A stretch of 64,000 nt of DNA. It comes from a virus. Lineage: Duplodnaviria > Caudoviricetes. The DNA is taken from positions 192,001 through 256,000 of IMG/VR virus record IMGVR_UViG_3300028833_000057; one strand, 5' to 3'. This document shows positions 30,130-41,179 of the stretch, piece after piece; the stretch's first letter is position 1, and each line of letters opens with the position of its first letter. Below the pieces are notes generated by a model. The model made no database searches, was not told the DNA's origin, and was given only the letters and a program-made list of their open reading frames with translations. A program made the position numbers and the translations under genes.

Positions 30130-31656
30130 TTATAAATTATTAAAAAGTGCAGTGCATGCATCAATATCATTACTATCAACGAGCTGTAATGATAATGTCT
30201 TAGCAACAGTGTGAGACGAAGATGATTCAGTAAGTGATAATCCATTATTCGTACTTGCTAAGGAGACAGTTTCTAAATTACTGTGGATTGTGTAATTAGT
30301 ATGACCATCGGCTGCAGTAGAAGATGACAAATCAATATTGTCACCTTGAGTAATAGTACTTTTTGCAGCGGTAACCTTGCTATCTACTTCAGATTTGACG
30401 TAATAGTTACTTAAATCAATCTTACCGCCAAAATCATTCCATCTATATACCGGACTGTCATCTGTACCAGTATTAACACAACCAACGTCTTCTTCTGGAC
30501 TTACTTCTATAGAGTAACTTGCACCAGCAGAATCTGTTAAATTGATAGTAGTCTTTTCAGTAAGACCTATCACATTATAGACTTCACCAAGTCTATTTGT
30601 GCTGGGAGCTAGAGCTTCAAGTTGAGATCTAGTAATATTACCCTTTGGTTTATAGACAGAATGTATTGCAGCCTCAATAGCATCATTACGATTATTTACT
30701 TCTGTATTAATTGCAGTTTCAATAGCCGTATTACGATTATTTACTTCTGTGTTAATTGCAGTTTCAATAGCTGTATTACGATTAGTAACTTCTGTATTAA
30801 TTGCATTTGTAATAGCATCGGCTAAGGCACTTTCAGCACCCATTGCTCTATCTTTTTCTGTTTCTATCAGTCCTTCTAAACGAGTATCTTCATTTGTTCT
30901 ATTTGTTATTTCTATAGTTAAAGAAGACTGTAATGCTGTATCGGCTGATTTTCTAGCAGTTGTTTCTGCTGTGTCTGCTGATTCTCTAGCTATACGTTCA
31001 TTATTAATATCTGTATTAATCTTGTCAATAATATTCTTCCATGGGAATGTATTATCAACAAAACGCTGTTGCCACCCATCCGGTGTATATGTGGTTTTGT
31101 AATCACTAATATTTACAAAACGTTCAAAGTACTTATTCGTACTTGTAGAAGAAATAGGATCTGTACTTACCTGCGAATCAACTAAAACATCCTTGAGCCA
31201 TATAGTACCTGTACCATTAATTCTACCAGTACCAGATATTTTACAATATGCATAGAAAGCATTATTTCCTATTGTAAGTGTCTTGCCGTTAAAATCAAGT
31301 ACAGAGCTTATGCCTAGAATATCTTTATTACCGCTAATGGTAATATTTTCTTCTAGTCTAATATCTTTTGCCAAGAATATTGTACGTATACTTACATCAG
31401 ATAATGCCTTGCTTAGTTCACTATATTCTAGGATTACAGCGTCTGCTACCTTTTCAATGAAGTCATAGGCTGGTAAGATAACATTCTTACCATTTTCTTC
31501 ACCTTCTTTGATATTTATACCAACTATATATGAGTTAGTATAATCTGGGTAATTATCATCTTTAGTCCATTTCTTAAGATTCTGACCTTTATTTTCATTT
31601 ATCTTTCGTATAGATGCATCAGAAATCTTCGTTAAACTTTCTGGATATACTGCCAT
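30130..31656 (-). CDS. putative tail fibre protein
   Basis: Beta-helix-like segment, E..R...D coiled-coil repeats, YKPKG...GEVYNV...WNDFGG..DLSNYY fibre motifs. Confidence 0.7.
   Translation of the reverse strand: MAVYPESLTKISDASIRKINENKGQNLKKWTKDDNYPDYTNSYIVGINIKEGEENGKNVILPAYDFIEKVADAVILEYSELSKALSDVSIRTIFLAKDIRLEENITISGNKDILGISSVLDFNGKTLTIGNNAFYAYCKISGTGRINGTGTIWLKDVLVDSQVSTDPISSTSTNKYFERFVNISDYKTTYTPDGWQQRFVDNTFPWKNIIDKINTDINNERIARESADTAETTARKSADTALQSSLTIEITNRTNEDTRLEGLIETEKDRAMGAESALADAITNAINTEVTNRNTAIETAINTEVNNRNTAIETAINTEVNNRNDAIEAAIHSVYKPKGNITRSQLEALAPSTNRLGEVYNVIGLTEKTTINLTDSAGASYSIEVSPEEDVGCVNTGTDDSPVYRWNDFGGKIDLSNYYVKSEVDSKVTAAKSTITQGDNIDLSSSTAADGHTNYTIHSNLETVSLASTNNGLSLTESSSSHTVAKTLSLQLVDSNDIDACTALFNNL
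30665..30816 (-). repeat. 45-bp tandem repeat (~3.4 copies) encoding INTEVNNRNTAIETA
   Basis: Unit TTACGATTATTTACTTCTGTATTAATTGCAGTTTCAATAGCCGTA repeated with few substitutions. Confidence 0.9.
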
Positions 31657-31716
31657 ATAATACCTTTAAATAAAAAATTTATACCAAATTGGAAGTTCCA
31701 ATTTGGTATATTTCTA

Positions 31717-31911
31717 TTATCTAATAACATCTTCAACTTTACGTTCTCTTGTCAAAGCTGGCATATCTGCATGTTCATCTGGATGCTCTGCAAGTAGTAC
31801 TGATTTAGGATCTGCTTCTTCAACAAGAACATCACTAACAAAACGCCTATGAATGTCTTGAATCCTAATAGGACATGATTCACCACTATAAACTGATTTA
31901 TAAAATGCCAT
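31717..31911 (-). CDS. hypothetical protein
   Basis: 64-aa ORF with plausible start context. Confidence 0.5.
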   Translation of the reverse strand: MAFYKSVYSGESCPIRIQDIHRRFVSDVLVEEADPKSVLLAEHPDEHADMPALTRERKVEDVIR

Positions 31912-31959
31912 ATAAATACCGTTGTTAAATTCATTTAAAAGTTATCTTTATATTAAATA

Positions 31960-33666
31960 ATGCAACTTAATGTAGGATTTGAATTATATATTAAGAAATG
32001 CAATAACATGAGGCAACAACTTATGAAATCTGAAGAATTGCAAGATGAACTTGTCATGTGGTATCCTACGAAAGTGGGTTGCTCACAAGATGAACGTGAT
32101 AAGGACTACTCAACTCTTGTGGAAGAGATTACTAAATTTCCACGTGTTGCAGTTGTCAATATAATTAATAATTCTGATGGAACATTCCACACTATTGGCT
32201 TTGTACCTCTTAAGAGAGATGATAATTTTTCAGAAGAAGATATTATCACTGGAATAGAAGATTATGCATGTCTCTATAGCGAAGATGACAGTTGTTACGA
32301 TCCGGCAGAAATCTTTGATCATGAAGATTACAGCATAGAATTCTATAATACAGAAGCAGAATCTGAACTTCAGAAAGTATTAGATTACCTCGATTGTATA
32401 TTTGCATCTGAAAATTTCGAGGTAACTATTAGCGGTACTGAAGATGAAACGGAAGAAGGATTCTGCGATACAATCAAGGAAATGAATTCGTCGTTATATT
32501 TGGCTCTTGCGGATGATCCGGATAGTGAATTAGTAATTATCGCTGCCGAAGATATTACGGAGTTTGAAAATAAAACTATAGATCATCTTCCTATTCTATT
32601 TAGTGATGTCTTCAAAAATGTTAAATTTGCAGAAATTGGCAGTCTCAAGACTGATAAAGATGTCGTAGAAAATACGCCATATGCAAGTGAAGATTTTATT
32701 CTTGAAGATGTGCTTAGAAATAAATTTGGTGATGATTGGTATGATGAAAAATCTGGAGAAAATTCTAATGCCGATGAAGGTCCTAGCTACGGTGAAGAAG
32801 AATCTTCAGATAATGATGAATACCCACCTGAACCAGATGAAGTACCTGAAGAAGAAAGACCAGTAGAACATCTAGTAATTACTACCGATGCCTATAAAGC
32901 CGGTAAAAATATTCAGACAGAAAATAAGAAAGAAGTTATTATAAATGTTCCTAAAATCACACACACTCAAAACCAAAAGGATATGAAAATGAACTTGTTT
33001 GGAAAGTTGAATTTCAAGCCGGTTACGGCAGCCGTTACCTTCGATGGTCTTCTCGCCATCGATGTGAACACCAATGAAGCCGAAGCTACTCAGTACAAGG
33101 CTGTGAATGCCAACGATGAACTCGTTGACGTTCTTGACGAAACGATCGCCATGGAACTTCCTCTGTTGATGCCCGTCATGGGTCAGGCTCCGGAAGTTGG
33201 CGACTATGTCCAGCAGGGTGGCGTTTGGTACAAGATCTTGGACGACAAGACCGCTCTCAACATGGTTAACGGTACTACCGCTGGCCTGAAGATGACGTTC
33301 ACTCAGTTCTTCAAGAGCTCTGTCTTCTACCGTGCCATGATCAATCCGTCCAACATGATGAGCAATGGTCTCATGATGGCTATGCTCATGAATGGTGACG
33401 GTGCCAATGGCAATTTCGACATGAAGTCGCTCATGATGCTGTCCATGATGAATGGCCAGAACGGTGATTTCATGAAGAATCCCATGTTCCTGATGTTCCT
33501 GCTTGGCGATCAGAAGGAAGGTGGCTTCGACATGAAGACGCTCGCAATGATGTCCATGTTCAATGGTGGTGCAAACCCCTTTGCTAACATGTTTGGCAAT
33601 GTTGCTTCTGCAGAAAAGGCTGCTCCGGCTGCAGCTGCTCCGGCTCGTCCGAATCGCCGCAAGTAG
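31960..33666 (+). CDS. bipartite protein: acidic N-half plus Met-rich low-complexity C-half (start uncertain; likely internal start near 32989)
   Basis: Abrupt codon-usage change and AAGGAT RBS at 32977-32982. Confidence 0.7.
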   Translation: MQLNVGFELYIKKCNNMRQQLMKSEELQDELVMWYPTKVGCSQDERDKDYSTLVEEITKFPRVAVVNIINNSDGTFHTIGFVPLKRDDNFSEEDIITGIEDYACLYSEDDSCYDPAEIFDHEDYSIEFYNTEAESELQKVLDYLDCIFASENFEVTISGTEDETEEGFCDTIKEMNSSLYLALADDPDSELVIIAAEDITEFENKTIDHLPILFSDVFKNVKFAEIGSLKTDKDVVENTPYASEDFILEDVLRNKFGDDWYDEKSGENSNADEGPSYGEEESSDNDEYPPEPDEVPEEERPVEHLVITTDAYKAGKNIQTENKKEVIINVPKITHTQNQKDMKMNLFGKLNFKPVTAAVTFDGLLAIDVNTNEAEATQYKAVNANDELVDVLDETIAMELPLLMPVMGQAPEVGDYVQQGGVWYKILDDKTALNMVNGTTAGLKMTFTQFFKSSVFYRAMINPSNMMSNGLMMAMLMNGDGANGNFDMKSLMMLSMMNGQNGDFMKNPMFLMFLLGDQKEGGFDMKTLAMMSMFNGGANPFANMFGNVASAEKAAPAAAAPARPNRRK

Positions 33667-33749
33667 TCGAAAAGTCTAGTCTGGGTTAACTAGAGATAGA
33701 CCATAATAAAGACGGATATCTGCAAGGATATCCGTTTTTATTTTTTTTT

Positions 33750-34190
33750 TTATTTAAGTAAGCAATCAATAATTTCCCTATATGGATTATTAATAAATGA
33801 GAAAGATTGATTATTAATAATAATACGATCTGGGAAAATTTCCACTTGCTTATTAAATAATTTTGATATAGCTTCAAAGAATATATACGGGATTATATTC
33901 AAATTTATAGAAAGAGTATTATTTTCTATATCATCTATAACCTTCATAAATACTGCATGACTAAAATCATCTATCTTAGATTGGAATCTTTCATCTTCAT
34001 CATAGATAGAAAATTCAGCATAAAAGTTTTTAAAAGGTGATATAGCTAAGCAAGAAGTATTTCCTGGTAGCTTTACTATTACTCGATCCTTATTAAATGG
34101 ATTTATTCCTTCAGGGTCATAGATTTTTACTACTACACCTTTATCTTGTAAGGCTTCAAGTATTTTTTGATTTAATTCAGATATATTCAT
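33750..34190 (-). CDS. hypothetical protein
   Basis: 146-aa ORF with AAGGA RBS. Confidence 0.65.
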   Translation of the reverse strand: MNISELNQKILEALQDKGVVVKIYDPEGINPFNKDRVIVKLPGNTSCLAISPFKNFYAEFSIYDEDERFQSKIDDFSHAVFMKVIDDIENNTLSINLNIIPYIFFEAISKLFNKQVEIFPDRIIINNQSFSFINNPYREIIDCLLK

Positions 34191-34214
34191 ATTTGTTCCT
34201 TTGCATTTTGAATA

Positions 34215-36959
34215 TTATATATCCTTAGTTTCATTAGATGTACTAGAAACCATTACAGGGCCACCTACAACGCTTATAACTACATCCTTCTTATATAATG
34301 GATACTTACTTACTTCTTCAGAAGTAGGTGTTATTACTCTACAGAAAAGTTGTTCTTTAAAGGATAAACTATTCTCGTAATTTCCATATCCACCATCTTG
34401 AGGAACATTGTCAAAACGCTTATCGGTGTCGATTACTAGCATTCCATTGTTATCTAGATAGGATTTCTGATTTGCAATCTTAGTTATAGAAACTTGTACT
34501 TCATCAAGTACTCGTTCATGAGTAGTATTGGCAAGATTTAATCCTATACGATCTGTGTCAAAATATGGTTGTGATATTTTTTTACTGGGATCGTGCAACC
34601 ATGGATATTTACCAGTAAAGATATATTCGCCTAATATTTTCTTACGGTGAATATCGCCAGTAAATATATCATGCATTTGTATAGTAGATTGGCCTTTATT
34701 TGTAAGATCATAAACTGTACCACTACTATGTAACTGTACCGTATAAGATTTTAGGTAATCTAATAACTTTACTGCATATATGATGATATAATCTTGTAAG
34801 AATGCTTTGAAGTTTACATCTTCTGTTAATTTAGTTTTCTTTCCATTAGGGGGAGGACTATAAACATATACATCTGATAGAGTATACATTATATCATCAT
34901 ATAGATTCATTAGTAGATCCATTCTAGTTTTCTTATCACCTAGAATTGCATCTGCAATTTTATTATATGCCTTAGGATGATTCAATATGAGATATTCCTC
35001 TATAGACATATTCTCATAATAACCATATCTATTTGAAAATTCATTTCTAGATTCAAATAGTGCTTCTTCATTCTTTATTAGAAGGGCGTGTTCAATTATA
35101 GTCTTTAGCCAAGGTACATGCTTAAACTTATCGACTTCAATATTATTATCTTTAAGCCATGAATATAATATTTCTGCATATGAATCTTCATGACCAGTTG
35201 GCGAGACTAATGACCTATTTTCATAGTACCTATTTATTTTTGATATCAGCGATGATAGTAGAGCATCGGCAGGAAATTCTTCAGAGTTTTCTGGGATATC
35301 TATTCCGGTAATATCATCATCATCGTAAGATACTGCCATTAAAGCATTATTTAAGCCCTTGAGTACCTCAAAGTTATCTTTAAAATGTTGAGCAAATCCA
35401 TAGTACAAGAAGTTATTATTACTTTTTGTACTCTTTAAAGATGAGTCAAATTCATAATCCTCTTTCTGCCAATAATTATAATTATTTTTATTGTATACGT
35501 CTAAAGTAAGGCTCTTGTACTTATTATTTTCTTTATATACATTATTTAAGTCATATAAGTACGTAGCTAATACAGTAGATATATTCTTTGCATTTGGAGG
35601 AATATCATCGGATATATTGGTATCGATATTCATCTTTGTAAGATATAATGCACAGGCAAATAATCCGAATAAATCAAGTGAAGGATCTTTTAATGAATTT
35701 GATCTTATTGGGAAACTATTTTTTGTTTCGTGAAGCATGCTAAAGAATAATAGAAGACCTTGGACATCAGGAATATTAGCTATTTCAGTATTTATAGCTA
35801 TATATTTAGATTCAATGTAAGATCTATCTCCTATTTTATCTTTAACTACATCGGCATCATAAGACTGATTCCAATATGCATCTTTACTAGTTATATCTTC
35901 GAAAGGTATCTTTATGATATCTTCGGCAGGAGTTTCCCCTAGATATTTTTCTACATCATATACATCATATGGAACTTTTACAAAGTAAAGATTTGCACTT
36001 TCTTTATGTTCTTTATACTCTTCATAAGACATTGTACCATTATTAAACGCTTCTTTCTCAGATTCACTAAATCCTAGATCACGGCACAAATAGTATTTGT
36101 ATATTTTAGCAATATTATTATTAAAAATGTCTTCTGTTATGATTTTATATACATTATCTGTACCCTTATTCTTAATAAGAGCACGAATATTACGTAATAC
36201 TCTTAACTGGAATTCCAGTGGAAGATCATTTAGGAATGTAATACCGAAACTGTATAGTGCATTTCTTATATCATACTGATCAAGTAGATCGTAGCTAAAT
36301 TGTTTTTGTAATTCAGTATCTAAATATGAGAATATTGTCATTAATGTAATAAACAGGCAGTTAAATTTACGATGCATATCATCATACATTGATGCCTGGT
36401 TTTCCATTACACTTGCAAACCATTCTCTATTTTCAGTATAGAGATCTAAGAAAACTTCTGCGTTTACATCTTCCGGTAAATAATTCTCATCATAGTCAAG
36501 AATAGAATAATCTTTAGCATTTCTAGTGGTCATTATATCTAGGCCATAGTAACAATATAATCCACGATAATATGCATTAAGCTCAAAGATATTCCCCATA
36601 TATGGTGGATCAACCATCTGCTTATTCTTATTATGAACCGATCCTCTAACTTCTTTAAACCGCGACTCACTATCTGCTACATATTTAGTATTAAGCTCAT
36701 ATGCGTCAATAAAGAATTGCTGACCATCGGGCATTAAGTTATATTCATTAAGATCTTCAGGAAAACCTTTCCTATCGTATTTATAGATATATGGTAAAGA
36801 ATCATTTCTGCAGGATATATAATAGTTACTAAGTTCTACTGACTCTGGAGTTTCATAGCTATTGGCTAGATTCTGATTTTTAAATAAAAAGGTTTTCGCC
36901 CAGTTTATTAGATCTTTAAGCTTTTTAGCTTGTCTTTCTTCATATACGGCTCTTGACAT
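34215..36959 (-). CDS. putative baseplate/virion structural protein
   Basis: 914 aa; LYSFG...LIKNKGT motif like baseplate wedge proteins; late-type motif at 36986. Confidence 0.55.
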   Translation of the reverse strand: MSRAVYEERQAKKLKDLINWAKTFLFKNQNLANSYETPESVELSNYYISCRNDSLPYIYKYDRKGFPEDLNEYNLMPDGQQFFIDAYELNTKYVADSESRFKEVRGSVHNKNKQMVDPPYMGNIFELNAYYRGLYCYYGLDIMTTRNAKDYSILDYDENYLPEDVNAEVFLDLYTENREWFASVMENQASMYDDMHRKFNCLFITLMTIFSYLDTELQKQFSYDLLDQYDIRNALYSFGITFLNDLPLEFQLRVLRNIRALIKNKGTDNVYKIITEDIFNNNIAKIYKYYLCRDLGFSESEKEAFNNGTMSYEEYKEHKESANLYFVKVPYDVYDVEKYLGETPAEDIIKIPFEDITSKDAYWNQSYDADVVKDKIGDRSYIESKYIAINTEIANIPDVQGLLLFFSMLHETKNSFPIRSNSLKDPSLDLFGLFACALYLTKMNIDTNISDDIPPNAKNISTVLATYLYDLNNVYKENNKYKSLTLDVYNKNNYNYWQKEDYEFDSSLKSTKSNNNFLYYGFAQHFKDNFEVLKGLNNALMAVSYDDDDITGIDIPENSEEFPADALLSSLISKINRYYENRSLVSPTGHEDSYAEILYSWLKDNNIEVDKFKHVPWLKTIIEHALLIKNEEALFESRNEFSNRYGYYENMSIEEYLILNHPKAYNKIADAILGDKKTRMDLLMNLYDDIMYTLSDVYVYSPPPNGKKTKLTEDVNFKAFLQDYIIIYAVKLLDYLKSYTVQLHSSGTVYDLTNKGQSTIQMHDIFTGDIHRKKILGEYIFTGKYPWLHDPSKKISQPYFDTDRIGLNLANTTHERVLDEVQVSITKIANQKSYLDNNGMLVIDTDKRFDNVPQDGGYGNYENSLSFKEQLFCRVITPTSEEVSKYPLYKKDVVISVVGGPVMVSSTSNETKDI

Positions 36960-37053
36960 ATGTAATATTCCATATTAAAATTTAACAATAGTAAGTTTAA
37001 GCTTAGAAATTTTGTAAAAAAAAAAATAATGGCATATAGCCATTATTTTAATA

Positions 37054-37833
37054 TTAAGAAATACTATGCGCCGTATCAAACATGCTTTGTAGAATAGAAC
37101 GATACAACTCATAAGGAACAAGTTCGCCTTTATTTAAGTAATCAAGTATATTAGAATCTACTTTAAATGGAGTATATTCTGTAGTAAATTCATTACCTCT
37201 TCTTAAGAATACAGGAAGATTTACATCTATACCATTTGGACAATCGCTTTTATCAAAAGTTTCGATCTTTAGCAATTCTTTATATGCAACTAATAAGTAT
37301 ATATGTGGACGACCAATTTCTTGATCAATACCATATTTTTCAAGATACTTCTTTACCGGCATATAGAATTCTCTTTCTATGGTATATACATAATCTTTAA
37401 GAGAATGCATATCAAATTTCTTAGCAATATAAAGAAGATACATCTTATTAAATAAGATATGATTAGAATCTTTATATCTTCGACCATATCTACAATCAGC
37501 TGCATTATTATACTGAACTTCACTTAGCATAGTATTACCATATGCATAAGATGCTATTAATAATGCTAATGATGCATTTGAATATATCGCATAATCTGTA
37601 TCTGTAATATCTTTTACATAGCTATAATTAAATGCTTTATAGTATTCATTATCTTTTGGCATGTCAACTTTTATATCATCTCTTTTGGGTGGATTGATGA
37701 TATTATGCTTCTTTAATGAATTTAATGCCGTATCTAAGATACTTTTTCCTAGTATTGCTGTTATTAAATATGGATCAGAACCATATTGCTTTCTAAATGG
37801 CTCAGCTCCAAAAAGGTTGTCTAAGTTTACCAT
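37054..37833 (-). CDS. hypothetical protein
   Basis: 259-aa ORF downstream of the helicase. Confidence 0.65.
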   Translation of the reverse strand: MVNLDNLFGAEPFRKQYGSDPYLITAILGKSILDTALNSLKKHNIINPPKRDDIKVDMPKDNEYYKAFNYSYVKDITDTDYAIYSNASLALLIASYAYGNTMLSEVQYNNAADCRYGRRYKDSNHILFNKMYLLYIAKKFDMHSLKDYVYTIEREFYMPVKKYLEKYGIDQEIGRPHIYLLVAYKELLKIETFDKSDCPNGIDVNLPVFLRRGNEFTTEYTPFKVDSNILDYLNKGELVPYELYRSILQSMFDTAHSIS

Positions 37834-37840
37834 TGTTTTC

Positions 37841-39205
37841 CTAACGGTTTAAGAGTATGTCTTCAAAATAATTTATATCGTCTCTAGATAAACATTCTGT
37901 AATAGTAATAAACTTAGCTGCACGAGTTATAGCGGTATAGTGCATTTGTCTAAGTTCATTTGGATGTGAAAAACACTGAATATATAAGACATTATCCCAT
38001 TCACTACCTTGACTTTTATGAACAGTACATGCATAACCAAAGTCAAAATAATCAATTTCTGAACGGGCTTTATTATGAAATTTTTCTACAGCTTCAGAGA
38101 AGGTTCCTGGTGGATAGAATGGCACCATAGATGCTATAATATCTTTTACAGTATATCCAGCTTCAGTATCAAAATCGAATGTAAAAGTACCTTTTAATTT
38201 ATCAATATTCTTAACTTCTCTGACGTAGCCTTGTAAACCATTGACGAGCTTGTGCTCATAATTATTTCTAGTACACATCAACTTATCACCTACAACTGGA
38301 ATATTACCACTAAAACCATTTATAAATCTACATGATTGGTTTAGGATATCTCTAAGGTGATTTGTACTACATAAAATCTGATCAGAATTTCTATAAAACT
38401 CTGGAAAGTTCTCGATTACATCTGTAGGACTTACTACTGCAATTTCTGTAGAGTCGGCATATTTGCGAATGATATTGTCCAATTTAACTCTTGGTGCTGG
38501 ATCATCAATAATATCAGATGCTAGAGATATGATTGGGCTATCTCCACCTTGTCTATGGATTTTTTCCAAGACAAAATCCGGATTTGTAATTCTACTATTA
38601 GAACCTTTAACTGGTGGAAGCTGATGATGGTCTCCTATATACAATACTGGAATCTCAAATGATTCCAAGTCTGTAATCTGTTCATCATTAATTAAGCTTG
38701 CTTCATCACAGACTATAAGTTTAATTCCAGCAAGTTCTTCAAAACTGCGTTTTATAAATGTTACTTCAGTCTTAGGCATTCGTGTACTAGCAATTGTACG
38801 CCTAGCTTCAATATCATTTGTAAAAATATCTTGAGCATCCTCTCCAGCATCAATTCGATTTGAGATTTCATTTATTGAAATTCTATTTGAATTGAAAATT
38901 GAAAACTTTGGTTTCTTAGCTTCTCTTTGACGTTCTTCAGCTTCTTCTTTTGGTATATAGATCAACTTGTGCATAGTAACGGCATCTAATATGCCTTTCT
39001 TACGCATGACCATTGAAGCTTTTCCAGTTGGAGCTATGAATGCTACTTCACCGTCTATAGCTAGATTTTCAACCGCCATCTTTACTATCGACGATTTTCC
39101 TGTACCTGCTCTTCCAGCTAATACGAAATATTTCTTAGGTAATAATGAATACCATTTACAAATTTCTGAAATGGCTTCTTCTTGGATTGGGTCTAGTTTG
39201 AACAT
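37841..39205 (-). CDS. SF1 helicase, RecD/Dda-like
   Basis: GRAGTGKS, APTGKA, DEAS, GDHHQLPPV, HRQ, YACTVHKSQGSEW, YTAITRA; AAGGAG RBS before ATG 39205. Confidence 0.92.
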   Translation of the reverse strand: MFKLDPIQEEAISEICKWYSLLPKKYFVLAGRAGTGKSSIVKMAVENLAIDGEVAFIAPTGKASMVMRKKGILDAVTMHKLIYIPKEEAEERQREAKKPKFSIFNSNRISINEISNRIDAGEDAQDIFTNDIEARRTIASTRMPKTEVTFIKRSFEELAGIKLIVCDEASLINDEQITDLESFEIPVLYIGDHHQLPPVKGSNSRITNPDFVLEKIHRQGGDSPIISLASDIIDDPAPRVKLDNIIRKYADSTEIAVVSPTDVIENFPEFYRNSDQILCSTNHLRDILNQSCRFINGFSGNIPVVGDKLMCTRNNYEHKLVNGLQGYVREVKNIDKLKGTFTFDFDTEAGYTVKDIIASMVPFYPPGTFSEAVEKFHNKARSEIDYFDFGYACTVHKSQGSEWDNVLYIQCFSHPNELRQMHYTAITRAAKFITITECLSRDDINYFEDILLNR

Positions 39206-39227
39206 AATCTCCTTTAGATTACTTAAT

Positions 39228-39236
39228 TTAATATAA
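39228..39236 (-). promoter_or_regulatory. early-type motif TTATATTAA (example)
   Basis: Same 9-mer upstream of many non-structural genes. Confidence 0.6.
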
Positions 39237-39244
39237 TAATACCT

Positions 39245-39257
39245 ATACATTATATTG
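39245..39257 (+). promoter_or_regulatory. late-type promoter motif ATACATTATATTG (example)
   Basis: Identical 13-mer also upstream of the genes starting at 26736, 50914 and 51960. Confidence 0.7.
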
Positions 39258-39280
39258 ACAATAAATAAAGGACATTAATT

Positions 39281-40195
39281 ATGTACTTAGATTATCTAAA
39301 AATTAATCAGGAAAGAGTTTCTTATTCTGATTTTATGCTCGCTTGCATTGAAAGTACTAATGAACTTAATACAGAATTATTTAATATCCAAAAAAGATTT
39401 ATTATGGCTACAGAAGGAGCTTCTGAAGTTCTTAGTGCTGTAATTGAAAAAATTAAAGCTTTCTTTAGAGCTGTTGGTAAGTTCCTCAAGTCTATTGCTT
39501 CAAAACTTAGTGCATTTATTAATTTCATAATTGATAAAGTAAGAAATATATTCTTAAAAATTAAAAATGGAGTTTCTGCCGCTAAAGAAGATGTTAAGGA
39601 TAAAGATAAATTTTATATAGATATTCGTAATGCAGTAACTGGTATTTGTTTTAAAAGCAGCTTAACCCCTCCGTCTTTTATATTTTCAATGATTAATTCT
39701 GCTAAAGATGAAGAAGATTTTGAATCTTATCATAAGTCGTTTGAAAAAGAAATGACTGAATATACACAATATGCAAGTAATATTAAAAATATTATTAAAA
39801 ATGGCATAACTGTTATTCAAAATGCAGTCTTAGACAATGTAAAAAGCTGTGAACGATCAGTTAATAGTAGTCTTGAGAATATGCAGAAAATTGTTAATAG
39901 AGTAGAAAAAGATTTAGATTATTTTGATAAAGATGAAACAGTTGCAGACTTAGTTAAATATCATGAAGATGATCAGGAATGGATGAAAGAATATGTTTCA
40001 TTAGTTAAAGAATATAAGCGTACGACATCTTTATATATGGGAATAACATCTTTTATTTCTAAAACCATGTATAGCCTTATCATAAATGGTTTAAGAAAAT
40101 ACAGTACCAGAGATGAAGCTATAGCTGCAAAAAATACGCTTGTAGAAAATCTCATATCGGGCATTGACGCTCTTAATTTTGAAGATAAAAAATAG
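39281..40195 (+). CDS. putative internal head protein (paralog family, ATE/G site)
   Basis: MYLD N-terminus like the 11445 gene; MATEGA followed by an amphipathic helix. Confidence 0.65.
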   Translation: MYLDYLKINQERVSYSDFMLACIESTNELNTELFNIQKRFIMATEGASEVLSAVIEKIKAFFRAVGKFLKSIASKLSAFINFIIDKVRNIFLKIKNGVSAAKEDVKDKDKFYIDIRNAVTGICFKSSLTPPSFIFSMINSAKDEEDFESYHKSFEKEMTEYTQYASNIKNIIKNGITVIQNAVLDNVKSCERSVNSSLENMQKIVNRVEKDLDYFDKDETVADLVKYHEDDQEWMKEYVSLVKEYKRTTSLYMGITSFISKTMYSLIINGLRKYSTRDEAIAAKNTLVENLISGIDALNFEDKK

Positions 40196-40285
40196 TTAAT
40201 CTTTATAATAGAAATACCTTCATGGTATTTCTATTATTTTTATACAGTCCAACATTTCAATGTATTTAGAAATGAAGGAAAGAGT

Positions 40286-41179
40286 ATGAGTACCAATTAT
40301 TCTCTTATTTTAGGCAGTCATGATCTTAACGGAAAAATGAAGGCTATTGTGCTATCTAATGAAGATCCAAAGAATCTAGGCCGTGTTGGAGTATATATTC
40401 CTCGTGTTATGGGATTAATTCCCAATGGTACTTCTGCTGAAGAAGATACTGATATAATAGAAAAAAGTATAGAATCCAAATATACTGAAGACATGGATTT
40501 AAAGGGTAAAGGTTCTTTAGATAAGGTAAACTTTATCTGGGCTAGACCTTTTATGTATGGGTATAATAATGATGGCGTATCTGGTGGCGAATGGAAAATA
40601 CCTCCAGTTGGTGCCCGTGTTATTGTGGAATTCATAGATGCTAATCCTCAAGAATTGTATTACTTTCCATTTGCTCCATATGATGAAGATACTGGATTTG
40701 AATTTGATCCATATGAAACTGAAGGCACTGGTACTGTTAGCATCGAAGTCTTGTATAAAAGTTTAAAGCGTAATATTGTATTATTTGATTCCACAGATGA
40801 TAAGGATATCTTTGTTATAAAGATGAAATCAGGGATGACTTTCCAGTTAGATGCAAAGAATAATACAATAGAATTTTATACTAATGATAAAGAAACGCAC
40901 ATTACTGTAGATGGTGGTGATGTTACTGTAGAAAATAAAGGTAATACAGTAGTGAATACTAAAGGTAATGTAGACATAAATGCTGAAGGAAATATTAATG
41001 CAGTTGCATCAGGAAATGCTACAGTAAAGGGTAAGAGCGTAGAAGTTATAGGTACTACTGATATTACACTTAAAAGTCCAGATGGTAGTTTATGGCATCC
41101 TAACTCTATGACAGTTTGTCCATTTATTAATGTAACACATTGTCTTCTAACTTCTATTAAAGGTGGTACAGCGTTATGA
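40286..41179 (+). CDS. baseplate central spike (gp5/VgrG-like OB-fold plus beta-helix)
   Basis: DPKNLGRVGVYIP...WARP...IPPVGARVIVEF and C-terminal V-x-G-N repeats. Confidence 0.85.
   Translation: MSTNYSLILGSHDLNGKMKAIVLSNEDPKNLGRVGVYIPRVMGLIPNGTSAEEDTDIIEKSIESKYTEDMDLKGKGSLDKVNFIWARPFMYGYNNDGVSGGEWKIPPVGARVIVEFIDANPQELYYFPFAPYDEDTGFEFDPYETEGTGTVSIEVLYKSLKRNIVLFDSTDDKDIFVIKMKSGMTFQLDAKNNTIEFYTNDKETHITVDGGDVTVENKGNTVVNTKGNVDINAEGNINAVASGNATVKGKSVEVIGTTDITLKSPDGSLWHPNSMTVCPFINVTHCLLTSIKGGTAL

Noticed and set aside
30665-30816. 45-bp repeats as CRISPR or DGR template/variable repeats
   Set aside because: Contiguous in-frame coding repeats without spacers; no reverse transcriptase or adenine-specific variation.
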